From Octopus sinensis (Eukaryota), in contig NC_042999.1 of the NCBI RefSeq assembly GCF_006345805.1, forward strand, positions 79,980,001 through 80,044,000: a stretch of DNA of 64,000 nt, given 5' to 3'. The position numbers and the translations under genes were made by a program. Positions 52,380 to 64,000 of the stretch are shown here, one piece after another. Positions within the stretch are counted from its first letter, which is position 1. Each line of letters opens with the position of its first letter. Under the pieces are notes generated by a model. The model did no database searches, had not been told where the DNA came from, and saw only the letters and a list, made by a program, of their open reading frames with translations.

Positions 52380-53080
52380 TTTCTTTTCACTACATTCTGG
52401 AGATTCACTTTAATTTTTATATTCTCTCTTTCCCACATTTTATGCTGTTTGTAATTAGTATTTGCTTCGGTATATCCACTTTCAAGTGTGTGCCTTATGA
52501 ACACACAAGAGTACGATATTGCTTAACCGTTTTCTTGCTTTCTGATGATATTAGTTATTCTACATTTGTCTCATTCTTAAGTAATTTTATAGATCCACTT
52601 TGGTTATTTTGTAATATTTCTCTATTTTCATCCAGCATTTTTTCTATGTGCTCTGAAAGGTAAATGTATTCTATCTGTATAAGCTTCGGTATGAAGGGGG
52701 CTCGGAATGCAGTGAGTGGTTTTCTGTTTTTTCAATCTAAACTTTTCAGCTCACTTAACTACCAATATATTATATTAAAACTATAGCTAATGGCAAGTGT
52801 ATTTATACCAGTTATCTTATCTCTGGTATTAAGTTCGGGTTTGGGAATTAATGTGCCTCTTCAGTGGCTTTATGTTGTAATATTCTTTCTTATTTTCTGT
52901 ATGTTCTAACGTATATGTTTCAACTTTTCCTAAGTACTTCTATGAATGATTCACTTATAACTCTCTGATTTCAGTGTCTGGATCCAACTTATTATTTTGA
53001 GTTTTAATTAATTGGTTTCTTCGTAAAGTAGTCTTGGCACATTTATCTAATAGCATACCCACCTTGATATCACTGTTTCA
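52380..53080 (-). mobile_element. Older R4/Dong post-RT fragment
   Basis: LDKCAKTTL...KYLG...ELNTRDKITGINTLAI.SYSFNII.W*LSELKSLD. Confidence 0.7.
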
Positions 53081-53616
53081 TCCAAACACACTCTCTGAAA
53101 GTTCGCCAGCTGGATAGTGTCTCTTGTATAAAGATTTAAATTATCATAAGCTGTAACGTAAATGTTCACCTGATAGAAGCAAGAACAATTTGTGTGTCAA
53201 AAGCTTGAGTTGGAACACCAGAAAACGTCGTTAATCATGAAATCTTTCACTGGGAATTCTTTCTCTATTTCTGTTACAAACGATATAAACATTGCATTTC
53301 ACGTAATACATTCCTACAAAATTAGCACGTTTCCTCAAATAATATGTGTATGTTATTCATACACATATGGAAACAGGTGCATGTGCATATATATATGTAC
53401 ATTATATAAATACATGTGCATGTGTGACGACGTATATATATGTGTGTATGTATACACAAACATATGTGTGTGTGTGTACAGTAATTACACACCACATCGC
53501 GGACTTCTCAGTAAATCGCGGGTTTCTGCGGCCGAAAGGTATTTATATATTTTTAGATTTTAATTATTTCTGTGGGAAGTTTTGGAACGTAACACACGCG
53601 ATAGTCGAGGGATTAC

Positions 53617-53659
<43 letters not shown>

Positions 53660-53721
53660 ATATATATTATATATATATACATACATACACACACATATGT
53701 ATGTTTGGATGCGTGCATGAA

Positions 53722-53895
53722 TTAATCCTTTCCTATTTTGGCATTAGGCCAATAATATTGAGTTGTGGGAAAGTCCATTACGTCGACCCAAGTGCTCAAC
53801 TGGTACTTATTTTATTTGATCCGGAAAGGATGAAAAGTAAAATCGATTTTGGTCCGTAAAGACGGACGAAATGCTACTAAGCATTTTATCCGGCC
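53722..53895 (-). mobile_element. SINE family D, degraded
   Basis: GTCGACCCAAGTGCTCAACTGGTACTTATTTT...AAAGGATGAAAA on plus strand. Confidence 0.55.
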
Positions 53896-55193
53896 TTCAG
53901 CCTTACATGCATGTATATATTAATAAAATACATTCATTCCTTTAAAAAATCGTCTATACAGATCGACTGTTTGATAAGTTGAGAAAGAGAGAGAGAGAAG
54001 GGTGGGGCTAAAAGGTAAGGAAAGTTTATGCAACCTGCATATATAGAGGCATATTTACATATATATAGGTATATAAGGAAACAAACCAAGCATTTCAAAC
54101 ATATGTTTGATAACAAATCAAATTTCAATTTATCGGTGAATTCATATATCGATGTGTTTCTGAACAGTTTTGCGTATATACTGTCATGCTATTCGCCAAA
54201 TACAGTCGTTTGAACAAGCGGAAACGAGAGAAAAAAAAACAACAAAAAATGAAACACAACAACAACAACAACACAGAGAGTCGATTCAAACAGCTTCGGT
54301 TTCTATAAAATAAATTTCTTCTACGTGACGTTGAATACTATTCTTCCCAGTCTGAAAACACAAATGTTCGACAATTCACACAACACACACACGCACACAC
54401 ACACACACACACACACACGCACGCACGCACGCACACACACACACACTCACATCACGCACATATAGATACATGCACACACACTCACACACACACAAATACT
54501 TAATTACTTATATGTATATGCATATATGTGTCTGTATACATAAGTATATGTAGGTATTTGTATAAACATAATCATATTATATGTGATGTATGTATGTATA
54601 TTTGTATGTGTATATGTGTATATCCATATATATAAGTGTATATATATATATGTGTGTGTGTACATGGGTGTAAATAGCAACATACATAGAAATATCGGTA
54701 AATATAGAGATATATAGTGAAATGAAGAAATAAAAGACGTGATAAATATTTAGAAGTTAATTGGTGAAAAAAAGTAATTATTTGGGGATCTAAACATAGA
54801 GATAGGTATGGAGAGAATTATGGCAAAGAGTGAAAGATGTATGGCGAAAGGTATTCGGAGAACTTGGCAAAATAATTTCTGTTGGAGTTCCAAAATAAAA
54901 ATAAGCTCAATAGCTATATTCTTTGCTTAAACAGCTGTTGACACAGAGACAAGCTTGAAGAATTTCTTATTATTATTTCTAAAAGACAAAGTCAAAATAA
55001 GTATCTAGAAAGTTCTTTGTGTGTTGTTAATAATGTAGAGGTAAAGGGTGGTTGGTTGCAGTGAAATCAGTGGAGCGCCGAGCCAAATTAATTTTGGCAT
55101 TTAGTTTCACGCTTCTCTACCTTCTGTGTTCAAACCTCATCGTGATCAACTTTTCCTTTTTATCTATCTTGCGTGTTCATAAATTATGTGGTA

Positions 55194-55226
<33 letters not shown>

Positions 55227-55554
55227 ACTCACACATACATATATGCATACATATTTCTTAAATTGAAATTATAATTATTACTTATGAGATTTTTATTCCC
55301 ATGCTAGCCGCTTCATATGATCGGTACTTTAAATAACGACCTCATCCTTATTTATATAAATTTATATATTAAATTGAGGTAGTTTTGGTGGAGCCTTGTG
55401 TGACACAGTATAACTTTAAAGAGATTTGTGAAAGGCCGGAACAATGCGAGATAGTACAAAGTAAACTACAAATTGAAAAGAAAACAATAAAGTTTCAGTT
55501 TTAACATGTATTTCTATATTTCGGGGTTATGACCCCTTCTTTATATATATTCTT

Positions 55555-55670
55555 TATCTGTAAATATAATATGTGACAATTATTCGGTAGCCATGATAAA
55601 ACTCCAACATCTGAAACTCGGTATTCTATCATGACTACTGACTACTGAATAATTATCACATTATATTTAC

Positions 55671-55675
<5 letters not shown>
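55555..55675. mobile_element. ~120 bp palindromic MITE
   Basis: TATCTGTAAATATAA..TGTGACAATTATTCGGTAG / CTACTGAATAATTATCACATTATATTTACAGATA. Confidence 0.75.
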
Positions 55676-55722
<47 letters not shown>

Positions 55723-56709
55723 TTTATTTGTTTCACATTTATGTGTTTTCCACCTTTTTTCCACTGGTATTTGAGTACTCTTTTTCCACCTTGTTTCACA
55801 TTTATGTGTTTACTCCGGTATATATATATATATATATATAACAGGAAAAAGAATTCAAAGACTAAGAAGCCATAGGAAGCTCTCTGCCTGGTACATGGCT
55901 ATCAAGGAAACCAATGGTTGAGGCTAGGATTTATCTTTACCGTCGTTCTCAAAATCCAGTAATAACAATGGTGGAGGGTATGCAGTAATTAACTAAATAA
56001 CAGAAGTTAGAGATGTTTGTTCCATTTGGTGATAGCTGTTTCGCAATATGAGTCCAGTTACCTCAGCGACGCTAAGTCGTTCAATGTATCTATAAATATG
56101 CATATTGATGGACATTTATAAATATTGTGCTGTAACGTAATAAACAAATTACTCAGTGGAACGTATCATGGAAAGTAAATATCAAACTGTATAGAAAGAG
56201 AGAGAGAGAGAGAAAGATATACCCCACCATGCATATCCATATATATGTATGTATAACTATCTACCTATTTGTCTGTCTGTCTGTATGTATATATGTATGT
56301 ATGTATGTAAGTATGTATGTATTTATGTGACATTAAATTGCATCTGACGATGAGGTTTCCCTTGGGGATTTCTGGAGTTTTGGGGAGCGAGGAGTCATCC
56401 CTAAATTACCACGACTGCCTGGTCGGTTCTCCCTCCAAATGGTAATATTTTCTAGGGTCCCATTTATGGGACTTCCAAGAAGCAGCAAAGGGCGTAGGGC
56501 AGGCAGCTCGTCTACGAGAAATATACTCTGACATAAACATTGTAATGAAAAAAATAGCAGTCATCTTGCAATGCATGCCACTTGAATCTACTATGGCGAC
56601 TGAGGGTGGCAAATGTGATCTACAGGCTTTTATTACTTAAATTCAATGATGTACAGATATCGAACTATCATTTCATAGTGAAACGGCTATCATCTGACAA
56701 GAAAGGCAA

Positions 56710-56748
<39 letters not shown>

Positions 56749-57245
56749 CAGCAAATTAAGGGACGGCCATAATAGGCCGTTCAACCCACTAGAAATAACA
56801 GCCAAGGCTTCAACCGCAAAATAGTAGTAATTCCGTAAATCAGGAGAAAATTAAAAAAACATTTACCCTTTCCACTTTATACAATGCATTGTTTCATCGT
56901 TTTTTAATGGTAAATCAGCCTGATTAAATTAAATCAAGCTAATCTTCCATAGGCCAACAGATTCATCAGTAAAGTAAGCCAGGAGGGAGAGATATTTACA
57001 CGAGGCAGCACCACTACCGCTTCGGCAATATCTAACCTAAAATATGGAAGATTAGCTTGATTTAATTTAATCAGGCTGATTTACTATTAAAAAACGATGA
57101 AACAATGTATTGTATAAAGTGGAAAGGGTAAATGTTTTTTTAATTTTCTCCTGATTTACAGAATTACTACTATTTTGCGGTTGAAGCCTTGGCTGTTATT
57201 TGTAGTGGGTTGAACGGCCTATTATGGCCGTTCCTTAATTTGCTG
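56749..57245. mobile_element. ~500 bp inverted-repeat element (203 bp arms, 91 bp spacer)
   Basis: Arms 56749-56951 and 57043-57245 are reverse complements with few mismatches. Confidence 0.92.
56872..56977 (-). ncRNA. Type I hammerhead ribozyme motif, intact core
   Basis: Minus strand: ACTTTA CTGATGA [ATC...14 bp hairpin...GAT] GAA ACAATGCATTGT A TAAAGT; 6 bp stem I, 12 nt palindromic stem III, GUA site (A at 56880). Confidence 0.82.
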
Positions 57246-57340
57246 TTGAATTTATAAATAGTCTCTGACTATTTCCTTTTTCTCACTAGACCGCTGGTAG
57301 CAAAATAATTTCTGCTGAATTTTTTGCTACCCTATATGGA

Positions 57341-57387
<47 letters not shown>

Positions 57388-57642
57388 CATACATACATAC
57401 ATGCACACATATATACATGCGTGTCTATGCACATAGATACGCACACATAGACACGAAAACACACACACACACACACACATACACACACGCACACATACAC
57501 ACAGACATATATTATGATGTTAAGATATTTTCTTAACATGAAACTAATGCTAGTCTTACTACACAAATAAAAAATTTTATCAACCAGTTGAGCGTTCATT
57601 CTCATTGTTCGACATTTACGTATATGTATATATATATGTATC

Positions 57643-57940
57643 GGAGACCCCCTTCGGTCACGAATGACCATGGAATTGCACCTAGAAAGTTACCCTCCCA
57701 GGCACAAGTCCGGGCAAGGTTGTTTATTGAAGGCCAGCAGTCGCCCATGCATACCAGCCTCCCCTCTCCACGCCACCGATGTTACTCAAGGGAAAGGCAA
57801 AGGCCCGTATAGCTTGGCACCAGTGACGTCGCAACTCATTTCTTCAGGTGAGTGAACTAGAGCAACGTAGCCTGGACCAAGATTCGAACTCACAACCTCA
57901 CAGTCGTAAGTTCGACGCTCTAACCACTAAGCCATGCGCC
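57643..57940 (-). mobile_element. SINE family B with internal deletion
   Basis: Aligns with 24980-25311. Confidence 0.85.
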
Positions 57941-58974
57941 TTCACAAAACACACACACACACACACATATATCATATTCATTCGCTACACGCCTATTTCT
58001 TTACGTCAGTTCACAGTTTACAATTTTTTTTTTTTTTGCGGTTTAGCTTGGAAGTTGGGGTCGTGCCCACGACATTTCCAGACCTTCCCACACAAGTGAG
58101 ATTGAAGCGGCTGATGTCCAGTTTTAACAAATGTATGTCAACTACTGCAGCAACAACATGGGCGAATGCGTATAACAGAGGGTTCACGTTCTGTTCAAAC
58201 TCATAAATCATTTGTTTGAAAAGACATTTGTCAGCTTGACTAATTTATTAATTAAACTTCACCCGTATCTATTGAACATAACAAAATAAAAGAGTGTATT
58301 TGGGTAATATAACCCTAACGGAAGGAAAAGTTGCGGTAATCTATAAAAGATTTTGTACAGATTGTGATTGGAACAATTTTTATCCTTCATTCCCTTTCTT
58401 CTTCGTCGTTTTCTCTATTTCAGTATTTCACTACAGGACACAATTACTTTACTGACACTTCCAATATGTACAGTAACCGCACAAGCATGCAAAAGCGCAT
58501 GCACACACTCACACACACACACACGCACACACACACACACACACGCACACACACACACTTTTTTCTCTCTGTCTCTTCCCCTCATTCTCCCTCTTTCTCT
58601 GTGTTTCACTCTCATTCTCTCTGCCTCTCTCTTCCTCATTCTCTCTCTCTCTCTCTCTCGTTCTCACAGACACACACACGCTCTCTCTCACAAACACACA
58701 CGCACTCTCTCTCACTCTATCTCTCTCTCTCTTTTCTCTCGCTCTCTCTCACTCATTCTCTGTCTCTCTCACACACACACATACATATATACATACATAC
58801 ATACATACATACATACATACATACATACATACATACATACATACATACACAATCATACACATGTAATGCAAAGCGATTAGAATTAGCTTGGAACAGGTAC
58901 TGTGATATTAACATGTTTGTGATATTTATTTAATTACTATTAGCGACCCTAATTTCAGTGGATTGACATAATCA

Positions 58975-59140
58975 TTAAAGCGTTGGGCATTTTCCCTCTA
59001 ATCTTTATATACTGAGTTCAAACCACGCCGGAGTAAACTTTGTCGTTTTTTACCTTTGAAGTCGATAAAATAAAATACTACTTAAATAGTGAAATCGATT
59101 AATCTCTCACCTGCCAAATTTGCTACTCTTGAGCCAAAAT
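58975..59140 (+). mobile_element. SINE family D, highly degraded
   Basis: CTGAGTTCAAA..ACGCCGGAG..AACTTTG...GTCGATAAAATAA. Confidence 0.45.
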
Positions 59141-59279
59141 TGCTATAGCTGTTCTTCACGGTGATAATGATGATGTTGCTACTGTTCTAAGATAATTCAA
59201 TGGTAATGAATATGTTTTGTATGATTGTTCCATTCCTTTCTGCTTCTTTCTCCTGCACCTTGATGGATAGTTGACGATA

Positions 59280-59531
59280 CAGTAATGGGCAAAAATCTGG
59301 AACATTTTTTTTTCTTTTTTTGCAATTAAAATTGTTATGCCAAGATACAATTCGTTTTAAATATATACAACTTATATATTTGAGCATTTAATATTAAAAT
59401 TCTAATGTTCATACCTATGTTCCAAACTTTTGGTCATGTAATAATATATTGCAAATTAAATAAAACTTTGTGCATTTTTATATAAAAACTCTGATTTTCA
59501 GATCTATGTTCCGAACTTTTGGCCACGACTG
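59280..59531. mobile_element. Tc1-derived MITE, 25 bp TIRs, TA target duplication
   Basis: CAGTAATGGGCAAAAATCTGGAACA vs CAGTCGTGGCCAAAAGTTCGGAACA (19/25 identical); TA at 59278-79 and 59532-33. Confidence 0.7.
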
Positions 59532-59945
59532 TATATCTTAAGATTTGATAGTGATATGAAATCGCAAATTCCAAGAATGATTCTTACAGAATAGAAGATA
59601 GTTATTTTCTGCAGCTCTGCTGCTTGAATCTCAATTCCAAAGTGACGTAACATCAGTTTTGATGTCTTGCAATGAGAACAACCAACAAACACCATTGATT
59701 CACTTTTTGTTTTTACTTCTCTCCCCAATTACAATACTTAAAATTTGCATATATTTTCTTCTTGTTTTTTCTCGTGATTTCTCCTGTACCAGCGTTCTAT
59801 CTTGTAAATTGAATAGACAACGTGCTCAGTGTCTGGCGATTGCTTGCAGCAGACACAAGGCATGTCATAAGAACCTGCCAAGACACGCTTTTTCAGTGCA
59901 AGAAACTATTAGTACCTCGTATCTTCTTTATACTGGGTACATTAA

Positions 59946-59982
<37 letters not shown>

Positions 59983-59992
59983 ATATATAGTT

Positions 59993-61903
59993 CAAATTTG
60001 CAGAAGACAAGAGACAATGAGAGATGTAGGAACAACAAGCATGTGTATTAGTTTAACGCTCGGGAAGAATGGAAATGTCTTTTACGTTCCGAGCCCACGC
60101 TTGACTTTCTTAATTTATTTAATAAGAAAATGGTAACTTTAATCTTATAATATCAATATTTTATATCCTTCATCAGGCGAAAACTAATTCACTCCTCGCT
60201 ACTCCACTCAGGCGAAGCGTGCAAAAAAAGGGAAGGTGAGGGAAATGCGTGTGTCTCTGAGATACCTGCTGACAATACAGAAAGTTTTCCAACATTGCGC
60301 ACTCATTCCACCCTTTCCTGCTTCACTTTCCCTCTCGTCTACCAACCCTCCACCTCTCATTTCAACGTACCATCATGCTTTACGCCGAATCCAGTCTGAT
60401 CCCACAATTTCCTCAGCCCACCCCATCGTCCTTCAAATGCGCCCATAATATACGTGACCTTCTTCTCTGTAGCCTCATCCTTACTGCTGGCACTCAAACT
60501 GGATCCTTCCTTTGCTCTCGTCGACGCTGCCACACCTGGCCTTAACTCTCCAACACCACCATTCTCACTGGCACCCACCACAACTCCTACCACATCTTCG
60601 ATTCATTCACCTGTACCTCCAGCAACTTAATCTACTACATCCTCTGCTCTCTCCGTCACTCATTGTACATTGGTTAAACTGACAGGTATGAGCTGAACGG
60701 TTTGCAGAACATCTCTGGGACTTCAGACTCGGGAATAGCATCCCGGTTTTGCACCACTTTCTCTCGACCGGTCATTCCTTGTAACAGTTACCTTTGTTCG
60801 GACGGGTCTCGCACAAAAGCCACCCAGACTCCCGCCTCCGTCGAGAGCAGTAATTCATTTTCTTTCTCCATTCCTCAGTTCCTTATGTTCTCTATTCTTC
60901 GCCTCTCTTCATCTAAACCCATCCCTACGCACATTTATACACACCACATTGATTCCCCTACAATACACACGCATACGTCGGTGTGACTCACACATACATG
61001 CAAACACCCTTACATATCTTTACATACGCATACGCACAGAATATACACACACATATCAACTTCATGCACTTTATCCAACAGCCCTGTAAGCGTAAACACC
61101 AACTGAAAACAGACACGCACACACGCGCTCACTTACATACACATGCATTAACACACAATATTCACGCATAAGCACAGATAACACACAGGCAGACGCACAT
61201 ACACGCATATATGTGACTGCTATTTACACGCACAAACCTAAAAACAACACAAGAACACACACACATGCACACGCGATATTTGCACAATTTTACACGCATG
61301 CATTAGCTGATGTACACACACGCCTGTACAGACACACACACATACACACATGCGCGCACATAGATGATAGCCTCATACAACAAACACTTGTCCACACACT
61401 AAGATACACGGAACACATACACACATATACCCTCCTTACACGCGCACATAATTCCTCACTCACACACACACACACACGCACGCATACACAGGTGCGCTCC
61501 CATACACATCATATACACACGCTCACATAATCTTCATACTCACACACATGCTTGCTCACACATACATTCACGCACGCAAGCCCATACACACATACATACG
61601 CACACACATGCTTGCGCACACTTTAGCCAGGTAACTATTGTCTCGCTTTCCACCATATCTCCAACCACCTTCTTCCGTTCACCTCAGCATCTGCATCCAT
61701 TAATCCAAACGCTTTTTCTCTCTGTTCTTTTCTTCCTCTCTCCATCTGTCTTTCTTTATTCCTTTCTGTAGAAGAGCGTAGGCTCGAAACGTCGGAGACT
61801 TCTTCCATTTTCCTGAGCGTCAAACTAATATACCTTGTTTGTTGTTCCCTCAACTAATTCTTTTGTTCTTTTGTTTTTAGGGTTTTTTCTGTAAAGTTTT
61901 GAA

Positions 61904-61905
<2 letters not shown>
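59993..61905 (+). mobile_element. 5'-truncated Penelope-like element: inverted pLTR, GIY-YIG region, CA-rich UTR, direct pLTR
   Basis: 60350-60915: PLISTYHHAL..FKCAHNIRDLL..CSRRRCHT..FTCTSSNLIYYILCSL.HSLYIG*T..ERFAEH..PV.HHF..RLRREQ; pLTR 61690-61905(+) and 59993-60105(-). Confidence 0.82.
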
Positions 61906-61939
<34 letters not shown>

Positions 61940-62697
61940 GTGTGTGTGTGTGCGTGTTTATGTATGCATATGTATATGAATATGTATGTATACACACACA
62001 CACGCATGCACACACTTCACACAAACACACATAAATATATATATATATACGTGTGTGTGTGTGTGTGATGCGTATACAGAAAAAACAAACGAATATGCTA
62101 CTCCATTTGTTTCCCAAAAGTAAATGATAATTAAATATTGTTTTAAATATTCAAAAGTAAAAATAGAAAAACAAAACAACTTACAAATAAATTTTAATTG
62201 GTAAGTCGTAAATTAATTGCAACAATTAGTAAATTTAAATGTAATTTCCCATTTACAAAATGATATACTTGAGATGAAAACGTAACTACAAGGGACAACA
62301 AAGCACTAGTAATAAAATAAAAATAACAGGGAAATGAAAAACAGTTGTAACAGAATAGAAGAATTAAGGATTGATCGAATTATACGTTGCACGTGTTCTT
62401 TCAAAATATCTATCAGCATGTTGAAAAGACGTTAGTGTTTATTTTTTAATTTCTCTGCCTATATGCGTGCGTATGTGAGTTCAACGGTTGTAAACATGTA
62501 TGAATGCATACACACATGTATGTATGTATGTATGTATGTATGTATGTATGTATGTATGTATGTATGTATGTATGTATTACTTTATACTATATCATTTTAG
62601 GCAACTCTTCTAGAAGTTCCCGTCATAGCATATGAGGTCCCGGGTTCATTTCGACTTCGGAAAGTGTATTTTATCATAGTTTGGTGCTGACTCCAAG

Positions 62698-62935
62698 TCG
62701 ACCCATCACCGCTCCTACCGCATCAAATTCCTTCACCTGCAACTCTAGCGACTGAATCTACTACATCCTCCTCTCCTTTCGTCATTCCTTGTACATTAGT
62801 CAAACAGGTAGGCATATGCTGGACAGTTTGCAGAACATCGCTGGGGCATCAAACACAGCAATAACATCCCGGTCTCGCCCCACTTCTTCTCGACTGGTCA
62901 TTCCTTGTAACAGTGTTCGTCGACGGGTTTCGCTT
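62698..62935 (+). mobile_element. Second PLE GIY-YIG fragment, decayed
   Basis: SFTCNSSD*IYYIL.S.RHSLYISQTGR; nucleotide similarity to 60575-60790. Confidence 0.75.
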
Positions 62936-63878
62936 TCGCTATTCATGACATTAAAATTTATTTAAACATGTACTTTATTAAGAAGATATGTTTTGGTCCG
63001 TGTTATGTATGAAATTTATGATTGAATTATTCAACAAGTAGAAAAATCTAAGAGGAGGTAATTGGTTATCGTTATCATTGTGGGCAGGGGAGATAACTGT
63101 TCAGCTTTCGGTGGTGGGTGGAATATATATATATATATATATATACAAAAATTCGAAACCCAGATCAACGGGGAGAAATATGTATAGTGATGGGTATGTA
63201 ATCGTGAATTAAAATACGTAGGGTGATCAAAGTTGGTTATGCGTGCATATTTAGACATGTTCTGTATTTTCTTTATTTAAACGTTCTTGTAAAGAAATCG
63301 TATTTTTGCACTGCACATTTCCCTATGTATTCACGTGTGTGTGTGTGTTTATATATATATATCACTCGTCATCAACCGGATCATAGAATGATAGAAACAC
63401 ATATTCTAACGCGTCAAGGCGCAGGCTTTGTTTAGCTGAAAGATCTCCGATCTACTGAATTCGAGATCCGAGATTTTTAATAAATGTAAGCATTTGGACA
63501 AGTTTCTGTTATTGATCTGAAGAACACCACTCTCTCTGGCTTAGGTAAGCAATGTTGCAAACTTACACCTTTCCACTTCGAATTAAGTGCAAAATCCATA
63601 ATTAATTCCAACTCTAACGGGCCAAAAGTATGCAGCTTTTATCTTGCCCCACACCCTATTTCATTTTTCATTTTTTTTTTTGCTTTTTTCCTCGGCCTTT
63701 CTCGTTCTTTCTCCCTTTATTTCAAACAGCAGCCATGTTGTAACCTGAGTCTGAAATATTACCTAAAAATACACAGCATGGTTTACAAGTTTGTCTGACC
63801 ATCGTATTAGCAGAGGCATGAAACTAGTAATTGGTCGCGTTTAAATCTCCTGTTCTCCCCCACCTCTCTCTCTCTCTT

Positions 63879-63951
<73 letters not shown>

Positions 63952-64000
63952 GTGTGAATGAATATATGCAACTTTATCTGTTTATCTCTTCTTTCTATTT

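Noticed and set aside
56345-56620. Faint resemblance to an RTE/L1 APE domain (minus strand)
   Set aside because: Only a few residues match; not supportable without a profile search
60110-60180. CTGATGA on the minus strand upstream of the PLE ORF
   Set aside because: No stem II/GAAA/stem I combination could be folded
63500-63552. AG|GTAAGC donor-like site
   Set aside because: No open, recognisable upstream exon

Overview
Repeat-saturated, AT-rich eukaryotic DNA with no recognisable host exon. The tRNA-SINE families and dense (TA)n/(CA)n/(TATG)n arrays point to an octopus (cephalopod) intergenic or intronic region; this is inferred from remembered repeat families, not a database hit. Contents: decayed Penelope-like elements (PLEs), R4/Dong-type RLE LINEs, Tx1/L1 3' ends, CR1-type LINEs (one ~2.9 kb copy), a DD36E Tc1, a maT-like transposon, several MITE/foldback elements, about 18 SINE copies and a 100-N gap. 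Most listed ORFs are microsatellite artefacts. The main signal is a recurring set of type I hammerhead-ribozyme (HHR) motifs with palindromic, dimer-type stem III. They occur in PLE pseudo-LTRs, in several MITE-like palindromes with outward-pointing arms, and in a tRNA-headed SINE. One pair carries a compensatory U3-A8 core. All structures were folded by eye and none is tested.
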